From the NCBI GenBank assembly GCA_963665275.2, contig CAXXIN010000018.1, positions 256,001 through 320,000 on the forward strand: a DNA stretch of 64,000 bases, given 5' to 3'. Both the position numbers and the translations under genes were made by a program. The notes under the pieces are model-generated. The model was not told the DNA's origin. It saw nothing but the letters and a program-made list of their open reading frames with translations, and searched no databases. Shown here one piece after another: positions 1-8,551 of this stretch; the first letter of the stretch is position 1; every line of letters starts with the position of its first letter. Source of the DNA: Negativicutes bacterium. GTDB taxonomy: Bacteria; Bacillota; Negativicutes; UBA1444.

Positions 1-348
1 TTCGCTAGCCTGGCGCCACTGTTGGAACAGGCTGATATGATTGTGTTCGCGACGCCGTTGTACTGGTTCACTTTTCCGATGCAATTGAAAGCGACCATAG
101 ACAAATTCTATTCTTTCATAATCGGCAAAAGACTGCTCGCGGTGAAAGAATGCGCATTGCTGGTTTGCGGTGGGGGGACGGAGGTGGCAGTTTTTGACGG
201 CATTGTTAAATCCTATCAACTGATTGCCGAATTCTTGGGCTGGAAAGACAGCGGCGTGATCCTCGTGCCCGGGCTTCATGGCAAAGACGAAATTCTGGAG
301 ACCGATGGATTGCAGCGGGCCGAACTGCTGGGAAAAAACTTGGTTTGA
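1..348 (+). CDS. Flavodoxin-fold NAD(P)H-dependent FMN reductase family protein, 5'-partial
   Basis: ADMIVFATPLYWFTFPMQLKATIDKF motif; the frame is open to the window edge. Confidence 0.8.
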   Translation, partial: FASLAPLLEQADMIVFATPLYWFTFPMQLKATIDKFYSFIIGKRLLAVKECALLVCGGGTEVAVFDGIVKSYQLIAEFLGWKDSGVILVPGLHGKDEILETDGLQRAELLGKNLV

Positions 349-369
349 TCGGTTGCGAAAAAATGTAAG

Positions 370-420
370 AAAACTGCCGCGGGACTAGAGCGATGGCTCG
401 TGCCGCAGGCAGTTTTTTTT
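370..420 (+). terminator. Intrinsic terminator
   Basis: AAAACTGCC...GGCAGTTTT stem followed by a T-run, right after the flavodoxin stop. Confidence 0.75.
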
Positions 421-658
421 GCCCATTTATTTTAGCCGCTTGCTATTGTGACGAGGGGAGAGCGGGGAGAAAAGGGACGAATTTTGCGGCAAGGTGGCGA
501 AAAAACGGGCTCATAGAAGGCGCTCTACGGCCCGAAAAATCTTTGCGAAGGGTATTCTGCCGGGCTGTTTTACTCGCCTTTCGGCCATTTTTCGTCACCG
601 AAAAAAGTTCACAATTTGTTCACTTTACACGTCCAGTTTCATCGGCCATATTAATCAT

Positions 659-676
659 ACAGAACAAACGCTCTGT
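659..676. promoter_or_regulatory. Putative LexA (SOS/Cheo) box
   Basis: ACAGAAC-AAAC-GCTCTGT, one mismatch to GAAC-N4-GTTC, about 25 bp upstream of the Y-family polymerase relic. Confidence 0.6.
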
Positions 677-701
677 AAAAAGATAAGCCGGTGAAGACGT
701 A

Positions 702-842
702 ATGCGCACGATTTTGCACTGTGATCTCAATAGTTTTTATGCCAGTGTCGAGTGTCTGTATTACCTGGAACTGCGGGGAAAGCCGACGGGATTTAATCCG
801 AAGGATGATCACGTGATTCATCCCGTATCTTATTTTGGGTGA
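702..842 (+). pseudogene. dinB: DNA polymerase IV (DinB/UmuC-like, Y-family) relic with a large in-frame internal deletion
   Basis: Translates MRTILHCDLNSFYASVECLYYLELRGKP-TGFNPKDDHVIHPVSYFG*: the Y-family N-terminal motif fused to a tail typical of Firmicute DinB C-termini; not in the ORF track. Confidence 0.85.
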
Positions 843-850
843 GGTGAAAG
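834..850 (+). repeat. 17-bp direct repeat, copy 1 (TTTGGGTGAGGTGAAAG)
   Basis: Exact copy at 1859-1875. Confidence 0.9.
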
Positions 851-861
851 CTTTGCCGGGA

Positions 862-1786
862 TCAAAACAGATACGTGGCTTTCAGCCGAAACGCCCAAGA
901 GTCCCAGCGAACTTCATTCAACCGAATTTGAACATTCGTGCCGTTCGCAAAATTCACCTGATCGGTTCCCGGGAAAGTGGTGTAGTTGGTATAGTCGACG
1001 GCAGCACCCAAAATCCAGCGAGGCCCGGTTACATAGTCGATCCCGAGCGAGGCGACGATTCCTTGGGCGCTGGCCCAGTGGTTATTCGTAACAGGCTGAG
1101 CGAGATCGGGTCGCGAACGCCAGTAGCATTCCCCGTCATAATCCGGCAGATGGTATTCCAGGCGCGTTGTCAGATGAAGGCGTTTGTTCAGGTTCTGCTC
1201 ATGCACGACGCCTGCCCAGGGACCCCGCCAAAGTGCCTTATAGGAGGCGGAGACGCCGGGAAACGGACCGAGTTGGGGGATGGTTTGAAGATAGTTGGTC
1301 ACGTTCAGGTACTGACGGTTGAGCGCATAGCCAGCCTGCAAACTGGTTTTCGCCTTTTTTGAATCCTGTAGCTTCCAGCCTAGTGACAGGGATGCGTCAA
1401 ACATGTCTCCGCCGCTGCCGTTGCTGTTGGACCGGGAATATTCCTGCGTGCGGTTGTCTCCGTCCGTAATCGGAATCCTGAGTGGTTCCGGAGTAGGTGT
1501 ACCCATAGCTGCCTGTAGCTTCTAGAAAATATCGCGGTCCTAGGTCGTGCTTCAGTACCGCCTTGATGCCCTGCGTCCGCAAGTTTTCCCACTTCAGCTC
1601 GGATAGGACATTAGGGAAATTGTCTAGTCCGGCTTTGTTCCAGATCAGGTTATCCTGGCGATAGAAGGGGAAAATGTCCAGTTGTGTTGCGGCGGCGGCT
1701 GTTTGGAGGTTGGAAGTTCCGCTAAAAAGCAGCAGAAAAAATAGGACCATGCGAAAGGAACGGATCGGTTTCAATGATTCAACCAC
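862..1786 (-). CDS. Omptin-like/Pom-like outer-membrane beta-barrel protein, split by a +1 frameshift near 1465
   Basis: Signal peptide, NVLSELKW and QDSDY|DGDNRTQEYSRS motifs, C-terminal aromatic (KATYLF); ORFs 1397-1786 and 862-1506 join if one G is removed. Confidence 0.7.
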
Positions 1787-1858
1787 CTTTGTATAAGCTC
1801 TGTTACAGCATTATATTGCAAAATGAGGAGATCGACTAGGAATCAAAATCTTTTATGA

Positions 1859-1875
1859 TTTGGGTGAGGTGAAAG
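1859..1875 (+). repeat. 17-bp direct repeat, copy 2
   Basis: Identical to 834-850; contains the RBS (GAGGTG) of the next gene. Confidence 0.9.
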
Positions 1876-1878
1876 AGG

Positions 1879-2109
1879 ATGGGAAAAACTTTCGTGAAGG
1901 TGACGGCGGAACATGATGTGGACGGGAAGACGAAGCCGCTGGCGATGGTATGGACGGACGGAAAGAAATATGAGATCGACCGGGTGGCGGACGTGAGGCA
2001 GGCACCGTCGTTACGTGGGGACGGGCTGGGGATAAGGTATACGGTGAAGATACGGGGGAAAGAAGTGTATTTGTTTGAGGACGAGGGCCGGTGGTTCTTG
2101 GAGGGATAG
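1879..2109 (+). CDS. Small conserved protein of the type found downstream of Firmicute Y-family polymerases
   Basis: 76 aa with W.DG.KYEIDRV...GIRYT..I.G...YLF....WF pattern; good RBS. Confidence 0.7.
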   Translation: MGKTFVKVTAEHDVDGKTKPLAMVWTDGKKYEIDRVADVRQAPSLRGDGLGIRYTVKIRGKEVYLFEDEGRWFLEG

Positions 2110-2293
2110 TGTATATTTAAGGCTTGTTACACTATTCGATGGTGCTAAATCTTTCAGATTGCAGGTCTCGAGGCATAAAATGATGTTTGGGGCCTTTTTT
2201 GATTTATGGCAGGTATTTACATATCGATAGAGAACAAAACCTATAAGAAGAATCTTGTGAGGTAATACTGCAGTCGTGGGGGTTATTAAACTG

Positions 2294-2574
2294 ATGGGGC
2301 AAATATCGCATTTAAGTGTGCATATAACAATGGTGGTAAGGGGATTTACGTTGGATTTGATGGCGCATGCTCTGACGAGATAATCTAGTGGAATATTGAA
2401 AATGGTCTTACATGGAGTCGTAATCTAGGTTGTGAGTGTATGCAATACTATGAAAAAGGATTTCCCATTACATCTAACAAAGTAAAATCATTTTTAATTG
2501 CATGGGCTATTCCCAAGGCTGTGGAGAAATTATGCGACCAGTATATGATTGCTCCCAAGGCAATTAAGTTTTGA
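2294..2574 (+). pseudogene. Degraded Cys-rich hypothetical gene relic
   Basis: ANIAFKCAYNNGG..VGFDGACSDEII*WNIENG..W....CEC.QYY; in-frame TAG at 2386-2388 and out-of-frame ATG. Confidence 0.4.
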
Positions 2575-2875
2575 TATTTTGTTCTGACTTGAAGTATTGT
2601 GTGAGCTTCGTGGTTTTTTTGTTGGCTTTCTTAGTTTGTAAATTTTGCGTTTATCTTCATGGGCAAATGATTGAGTGTAGGCGGCGATGAAGCTTCGTAT
2701 AGTTGTCTATCGGGCATGGAAACGCTTTAATTAATATTATGGCGGGTGGGTTGTCCGGATATTTAATTGCGGGACGTGAGAACGCATTATTATAGTAAAA
2801 CCCATTTGGGCAAGAAGTTATTGGCCGGGCGAGAATAAATGAATTAAGGACATATAAAGCACCCGGGGAAGTGAA

Positions 2876-5800
2876 TTGTATATGCTGGCAATGAACATTC
2901 AAAGTGAAGAAGACGTAAAAATTAAAATAGTAATACCCTATCTTTTAGATCTTGGATTTATCAGCGAAGAGCTTGAGCTTGAAACTAATTTTCATCTCAA
3001 ATTTGGAAAAAGCGTTATTCCAATTGGGGCTAAGAAACCTAAAACAGAGGCGAATGCACGATTGGATATTTTAGTAAAATATCAAGGAACAAATATTTGT
3101 GTTTTTGAGGTTAAGCGGGATTCTGTCGTAATATCTGCTGATGATATTGCACAGGCGGTATCTTATGGTAGCTTAGTGAAACCGACAGTGCCTTTTTGTA
3201 TTGTAACTAACGGGGAAAACAGTGTTATTGTAGATACGATTAGTGGGATACCATTTGATGGCAAAGACATCGAAAAATACAAAGTAAATGGGTATAAGGT
3301 GGTTCTGCCGGAAGAAGTATACTATGAACGCATAAAACACTTTCTTGGTTATTCCAAGGAAAACTTACTGAAGTTTTGCGAAATGCAAGTGTCTCAATAT
3401 ATTAAGCCGCTAAAAGGCTCTAAAGAGAAGAAAAACAATAAATACATTCCCGAAATATATGAACCCTCAGAAATCATAACAGACGCGGTGAACGATTTTT
3501 TGGGAAACGATTCTTCTTCATCTTTTGTATTAGTTGCTAAGTCAGGAATGGGCAAAACTTGCTGGGCATGTAGCACTGCGGAGAAGCTTTTGGATATGGG
3601 GATCCCGATCCTGTTTTACCCCTCAAAAGATGTGAAGGACGGAATATTTGAAGCAATTATTGAGGATTTAAACTGGGAACTATCGCCACAACTGGACGTA
3701 GTACAGGGAATGAGACGTTTTTTTGACATTTTTAACGACGCTACTGTTTGCATCGTTCTTGATGGGTTGGACGAGCTTGGAGTAGATTTGGCTTATGAAT
3801 TAACAGAAAAATTTTTACGACGTATTGAGAATCGGAATGTAAAATTGCTTACTACATGTAAAACTGAAATTTGGCCAGATTTGCAAATGATTGATGGTAC
3901 TCCTTCTAGATTGGCGGAGGTGGCATTTAAAAGAGGAATTTCGATTGATGTAATAGATGACGTCCAGTTTTTTAAGCTAATAGAAAAATATAGACAATTC
4001 TATCATTTCAACGGAATTTTTCAGCAAGAAGTGATAGAAGATTGTAAAAGGAATTTGTTTTTATTACGGATAATGTTTGAAGTTGCCGAAGAGGAGAACT
4101 TTCAACACTTATCATATTCATCGGCTGTTTTTTTTCAAAAATATTACAAGCGAGTTATTTCAAAGAATTTTGAGAAAGCGCAACAAGAAAGCACACAAAA
4201 CATTCTTTGCCAGTTGGCTAAATTGCTGTTCGAAAAAAACTGCGATTATGTTGATATGCAAGATGTGCGGAAATATCTCGGATTAAATGCGTTAGAGTCA
4301 TTGCCGGAAAAGCTTTTCCTCATAAATGTTTTGGACCGACGAAGCGGTGCTCATTTTGATGAAGTCGGATTCTATTTCCAGAGATTTCGTGATTATATTA
4401 CAGCGTTTTATGTATGTAAGTGGCAAAACGTATCGCCTGAACAATTCAAGGAACAAGTTTTTAAGAGTTTTTTGTTTACAGGCGTGCGCTTAAACGTATT
4501 GGAATTATATTACACACTTGCTGACGAGTGCCATAAGAGGGTTCTGGATAATATGTTATATGACAAGGCACTTGGATACGTAGAATTCTATGAAAACCTT
4601 CTTAACACTTTTCTTTTACCACTTAAGGAAGAATTTAAACCGTACACATGTGACGAAATTGGGATAGTTGGATACTTCGATATTATCGGAAAGAATATGC
4701 TGATGCATGGATTCCGTAGCATTTCGAAGTCAGATCCCAAAGTGATCTTAATTCCAGCAAGTGGTCGAGATTGGCAGAACCATGATGACAGAGCTAGTGA
4801 GTTAGGAGCTAACGCTGGGCTTCACATGGCATTTCCATCATGCTTTACACAGAACATGAACATCGCAAAGTGTGTGATTAAAGATGAAATTATTGACCAA
4901 ATTAAGATGATCATCGCACGCGGCAATTTGGACGAAACACAGTCAATCACTTTATTGAGCGAGAAGCTGTTTGCAATTGGCTGCATAGATTATCCTAATT
5001 TTGTTGGTGCTGATCCAAAGTTTAATGGAGTGACAATTAAAGGCTTTGCATTGGGAAAATTAAAGGAAGGGGTATTGGTTAAGCGTGCTCATCGTTTTCT
5101 TAAACATGAGCTTGTTGAAAGGAAAATCAATACGGGCGAAATTCCCGTTCATTATAGCAAAGGCACTGCGACCTATTCGGAAACATTATCGAGTTTAGAG
5201 AAAGATGAATTATGCCGACAAGCAATTCAAATCGGAAAGGCAGGAAAGTTTTATTCTTCGTCGATAATCTTCGCAGCAGAAGAAAAATTTGAACAACAAG
5301 TATTGGATGAGATTAAAATATTCGAGCAGGCAGGAATTGCGGAAATACTGGATCCGCTGGTAACACGCAGGGAAGACCCAATGAAGTTTCATGAGATGTA
5401 TTGGGGACATAAATCTGATGAGGAATATGCAAAGAAATTCTTGTGTGAGTTGTTAGAGATAGCTTACAAGGAATATAAAGGGTTGATTGACAGGAACTTT
5501 CCGTTGATGCGCAATAGTTTCAAGCTTATTGACGAAAAACCGGTCAAAATGTTTGTTTCTTTTATTCCGCGGGATAGAGGCTTAATATATAAATTGTTGG
5601 TTGCACATCCTATAATAGAGGAAGCAAATTGTGATTTTTCAGTAGAAGCCAGGGAAGAAATTTTAAAACAAAATTGGGATAGTCGTGACGAATTTGTAGA
5701 AATCGCAGAGAAAAAATATAAAATTTTGTATTGTAAATCTGGATTGCTCTCCAATTTTTTGATGACGTCAACAAACTTTCATACATTTAAGAGTACGGAA

Positions 5801-5917
5801 TATTTAACTGTAATTAGAAATTTAGTATATAAGCTGATTTCGGAAAATATTGATTCACTCATTGGCGGTTTAGCAGAACAATTCGGTGTAACCTTGAATA
5901 AAACAGAAGGGTTGTGA
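2876..5917 (+). CDS. HsdR-N-type PD-(D/E)xK nuclease fused to NACHT/STAND P-loop NTPase and unknown C-terminal region (candidate anti-phage protein)
   Basis: N-term SEEDVK..RLDILV..FEVK..QAVSY..IVTNG; Walker A AKSGMGKT (about 3536-3559); Walker B IVLDGLDE (about 3752-3775); LLTTCK sensor; NLFLLRI and FYFQRFRDY helical/WH motifs; AT-rich. Confidence 0.8.
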   Translation: MYMLAMNIQSEEDVKIKIVIPYLLDLGFISEELELETNFHLKFGKSVIPIGAKKPKTEANARLDILVKYQGTNICVFEVKRDSVVISADDIAQAVSYGSLVKPTVPFCIVTNGENSVIVDTISGIPFDGKDIEKYKVNGYKVVLPEEVYYERIKHFLGYSKENLLKFCEMQVSQYIKPLKGSKEKKNNKYIPEIYEPSEIITDAVNDFLGNDSSSSFVLVAKSGMGKTCWACSTAEKLLDMGIPILFYPSKDVKDGIFEAIIEDLNWELSPQLDVVQGMRRFFDIFNDATVCIVLDGLDELGVDLAYELTEKFLRRIENRNVKLLTTCKTEIWPDLQMIDGTPSRLAEVAFKRGISIDVIDDVQFFKLIEKYRQFYHFNGIFQQEVIEDCKRNLFLLRIMFEVAEEENFQHLSYSSAVFFQKYYKRVISKNFEKAQQESTQNILCQLAKLLFEKNCDYVDMQDVRKYLGLNALESLPEKLFLINVLDRRSGAHFDEVGFYFQRFRDYITAFYVCKWQNVSPEQFKEQVFKSFLFTGVRLNVLELYYTLADECHKRVLDNMLYDKALGYVEFYENLLNTFLLPLKEEFKPYTCDEIGIVGYFDIIGKNMLMHGFRSISKSDPKVILIPASGRDWQNHDDRASELGANAGLHMAFPSCFTQNMNIAKCVIKDEIIDQIKMIIARGNLDETQSITLLSEKLFAIGCIDYPNFVGADPKFNGVTIKGFALGKLKEGVLVKRAHRFLKHELVERKINTGEIPVHYSKGTATYSETLSSLEKDELCRQAIQIGKAGKFYSSSIIFAAEEKFEQQVLDEIKIFEQAGIAEILDPLVTRREDPMKFHEMYWGHKSDEEYAKKFLCELLEIAYKEYKGLIDRNFPLMRNSFKLIDEKPVKMFVSFIPRDRGLIYKLLVAHPIIEEANCDFSVEAREEILKQNWDSRDEFVEIAEKKYKILYCKSGLLSNFLMTSTNFHTFKSTEYLTVIRNLVYKLISENIDSLIGGLAEQFGVTLNKTEGL

Positions 5918-6065
5918 GATTTGCTGCACCTTAAGTCAAATCAGCGCTTTTCGGCATGGTGTTTAACTTTGTGAATATTGCCCCCAAACCCCTTGAAGAA
6001 ACTCAAAATCTGCCGACATTAATTGACATGCCTATAATGAATTCCCGAAGGAAATTACAAAAAAT

Positions 6066-6130
6066 GCCGGGATGAATTTGCCCAAGGTCGCGACGATTCC
6101 GAAAAACCTTCCTAGGCCATATCCATCCCG
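6066..6130 (-). repeat. Diverged relic homologous to 8350-8415
   Basis: About 49/66 identities by hand alignment; the minus strand reads GRFFGIVATLGKFIPA. Confidence 0.7.
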
Positions 6131-6137
6131 ACAACTT

Positions 6138-6190
6138 TTGACTACCGGCTTGACTACTTTTTTGTGACAGACGATTTTTAGCGGTAGTCA
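6138..6190. mobile_element. Putative integrase arm-type sites
   Basis: TTGACTAC at 6138-6145 and 6150-6157 plus inverted GTAGTCA at 6184-6190, 110-160 bp from the tRNA fragment. Confidence 0.5.
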
Positions 6191-6300
6191 GATAATACAG
6201 TTAAACTTGTCAGAAAGCTTGATAAATGAGGGTGTTGACCAACTGTTGGAGGAACTACGCAGGCTGCCGGTTTTCTGCCGGGAAAAGACCCAGATATCTT

Positions 6301-6344
6301 TGGCATCGAAGAGGTCTGCGGTTCGAGTCCGCCTAATCCCACCA
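6301..6344 (+). mobile_element. att-site remnant: 3' half of tRNA-Ala(GGC), island boundary
   Basis: TGGCAT (anticodon loop) CGAAG AGGTC TGCGG TTCGAGT CCGCC TAATCCC ACCA; no 5' half or D-arm upstream; T-stem and acceptor strand slightly decayed. Confidence 0.8.
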
Positions 6345-6398
6345 ATTAAATTCAAACCCTCCGGCGTTTTGTTCGGAGAATTTTTTGTATAGGTAGGA

Positions 6399-6989
6399 GT
6401 GGTCGCAATGAGAACATTGTTGTTTTTGCTAAAGGGATTCGAAACGATGGAATTTAGTGTTTTTGTTGATGTCATGGGTTGGGCGAGAAATGATTTTGGG
6501 TATGATGTGCCAGTTGTCACATGTGGTTTTCAAAAAATAGTTATCAGTACCTTTGGCATTCCAGTCTTGGTTGAAAAAATAATTGATGAAATTATTGTCG
6601 ATGATTATGATGCTTTAACGATCCCCGGCGGATTTGAGGAATATGGATTCTACGACGAAGCCTATGATGAAAAATTTTTAAATTTAATTCGCGAGTTCGA
6701 TAATAAGGGTAAAATCATCGCTTCGATTTGCGTTGGTGCGTTACCGGTTGGAAAAAGTGGAGTGCTAAAAGGAAGGAAAGCCACGACATATCATTTGAAC
6801 GAAGCACATCGACAGAAGCAGTTGAAAGAATTTGATGTAGATGTGGTAAATGAACCTATCGTAGTGGATAAGAATATTATTACCTCATATTGTCCTGAAA
6901 CATCTCCAGGTGTTGCGTTTAAATTATTGGAAATGCTAACATCAACAAACCAAATGGAACTTGTAAAACATTCAATGGGTTTTAAATAA
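6399..6989 (+). CDS. DJ-1/PfpI family protein
   Basis: GFETME, YDALTIPGG, IASICVGA nucleophile elbow, GRKATTY; probable start at ATG 6408. Confidence 0.9.
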   Translation: MVAMRTLLFLLKGFETMEFSVFVDVMGWARNDFGYDVPVVTCGFQKIVISTFGIPVLVEKIIDEIIVDDYDALTIPGGFEEYGFYDEAYDEKFLNLIREFDNKGKIIASICVGALPVGKSGVLKGRKATTYHLNEAHRQKQLKEFDVDVVNEPIVVDKNIITSYCPETSPGVAFKLLEMLTSTNQMELVKHSMGFK

Positions 6990-7053
6990 ACTTGTTCCTT
7001 CACACTTGACGATATTGAAGTTAAATAATATGGAATAGTATTAGAAAATAATG

Positions 7054-7092
7054 CTAAGAGGCACCTCGGACGAAAATCTGAGGTGCCTTAGT
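7054..7092. terminator. Bidirectional terminator hairpin
   Basis: AGGCACCTCGGA-CGAAAA-TCTGAGGTGCCT between convergent genes. Confidence 0.7.
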
Positions 7093-7121
7093 TAAAGATG
7101 AAAGCGGCAAAGCAAAAGCTG

Positions 7122-7586
7122 CTATTTTCGTTCCGAAAGTTCGGATAGCAGTTCCAAGGAAGAGGCTAGTAGACCGGACGGCTCCATGAAAAATACACGG
7201 GATGTCATCTCGGGGCAGTTTTGGTAAATCTCTTTCGCATGCTGTTGACAGGCGGATGTGCGAGGAACGAGCTTGCGGAATTGGAATGCGGGCTTTTCTG
7301 GCGGATTTTCGTCGTTGTCGAGACCGAGAGCTGTTAAAGCCATGACGAGAAAGTCGTCATCATCAAAAGCCTCTGGGAATTTTTGCGGGTTTGCCAAACA
7401 GGTTTCTATGTCTAGAACCTCGTACAAGTAAATGGTTGGATGAGAGCTTTTTATGTCCATAGTGAAAAGGTAGGGGCCTTCCTCACGGTAGTATAAAGGC
7501 TGGGTAATTCGATCATAGTTCTTGGAGTTTGTCTGAATAAACCAGGACGCCATTTCGGATGTTGTCAAATATAACAGCCCTTTCAT
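7122..7586 (-). CDS. Hypothetical protein
   Basis: 154-aa ORF with plausible composition; no recognisable motif. Confidence 0.55.
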   Translation of the reverse strand: MKGLLYLTTSEMASWFIQTNSKNYDRITQPLYYREEGPYLFTMDIKSSHPTIYLYEVLDIETCLANPQKFPEAFDDDDFLVMALTALGLDNDENPPEKPAFQFRKLVPRTSACQQHAKEIYQNCPEMTSRVFFMEPSGLLASSLELLSELSERK

Positions 7587-7709
7587 AAATTGATATTAGA
7601 TTATTTTTCATTATACTCCTATGAAATCTGTTTAGTCGGATGAGGTGACAAGATTTATAGTCGAAAAGTGTATAACATATTGAAGCCTACGGATTTCGAC
7701 TGGACGCGA

Positions 7710-7912
7710 TCAGGGCTGCCAGTAAACGACGCCGTCGTTTTCCATGTAGCAGCGGTCAAGGGAGATCTTGCGCCGATTGGTGCCGGCCGGACACGTTTCT
7801 CCTTCATAGCTGTTTGCGCATGAAATTATTGTATCGTTGTTGAATGCCTAATTTGATCGCATGATTGAGCGATTCTATTTCCAGGGTGCATCCAGTGTAG
7901 TACTTTCTCCAT
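7710..7912 (-). CDS. Small hypothetical protein (about 66 aa) masked by two +1 A indels
   Basis: AGGAGG RBS then ATG at 7912; removing one A in each of two A-runs gives MEKYYTGCTLEIESLNHAIKLGIQQRYNNFMRNSYEGETCPAGTNRRKISLDRCYMENDGVVYWQP*. Confidence 0.45.
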
Positions 7913-8046
7913 TGTTGTAGTCGCCTCCTACTTGTTGGCGCATAAGATCTTCACGATCTCACAGTTATAACTATACATTTAAAGCATACCGACAGGAGAG
8001 CCCTCAAAAAAGTAGCCTTTTGGCAGTAACGTCACTTTAATTAGGC

Positions 8047-8087
8047 AAGACCAAGGGCCTGCATTGCTGCAAACCCTTGGTCTTTTT
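8047..8087. terminator. Intrinsic terminator
   Basis: AAGACCAAGGG...CCCTTGGTCTTTTT. Confidence 0.7.
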
Positions 8088-8089
8088 AG

Positions 8090-8450
8090 AGCAATAGAAG
8101 CGTTTTTGTCACCGCCAGGCTATAATTGACCGCAGCGCCGGGCAGAAATTGACCCACACCAAAACCATAAGCTACCATTCGGATTGCAAGATCGCCAAGG
8201 AGGTAGCAGATGATAAGGAGTGGGCTGATACTCATGATAAGACAAAAAGTACAAGCCGGTCAATCCTCGTATTCAATCGGCAAGGAATTAGGGATATCCA
8301 AGAACACTGCAAAGAAATATTCCACCAACCCTGTAAAGGAGCCAAAACAGCCGGGATGAATCGGCCCAGAGTTGCGGTGATTCCAAAGAATCTCCCCTGG
8401 GTAATTTCTATCCCGGCTGTTTTGGCTATCTTCATCCAGTCCTTGGTTAT
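8090..8450 (-). pseudogene. Degraded membrane-protein gene relic
   Basis: Hydrophobic segments spread over different frames with stops; the QGRFFGITATLGRFIPA segment is homologous to 6066-6130. Confidence 0.4.
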
Positions 8451-8551
8451 TCAAACCGAAGGGTACAACCCAAGGGGTAAGAAAAAGGAAATCGGCGATT
8501 CAGGTAGAAGGAAAGTTAAGTACGTATCGTTTGAAAGAAAGAGGATGCTAG

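Noticed and set aside
2386-2388. Pyrrolysine read-through at the in-frame TAG
   Set aside because: It lies in a relic that also has a broken start; there is no methyltransferase context or pyl gene in the window
2876-5917. Type I restriction-modification HsdR subunit
   Set aside because: No DEAH helicase motifs and no hsdM/hsdS; the NTPase looks STAND/NACHT-like
6230-6344. Complete tRNA-Ala gene
   Set aside because: No 5' acceptor strand or D-arm upstream of the anticodon loop; only the 3' half is present
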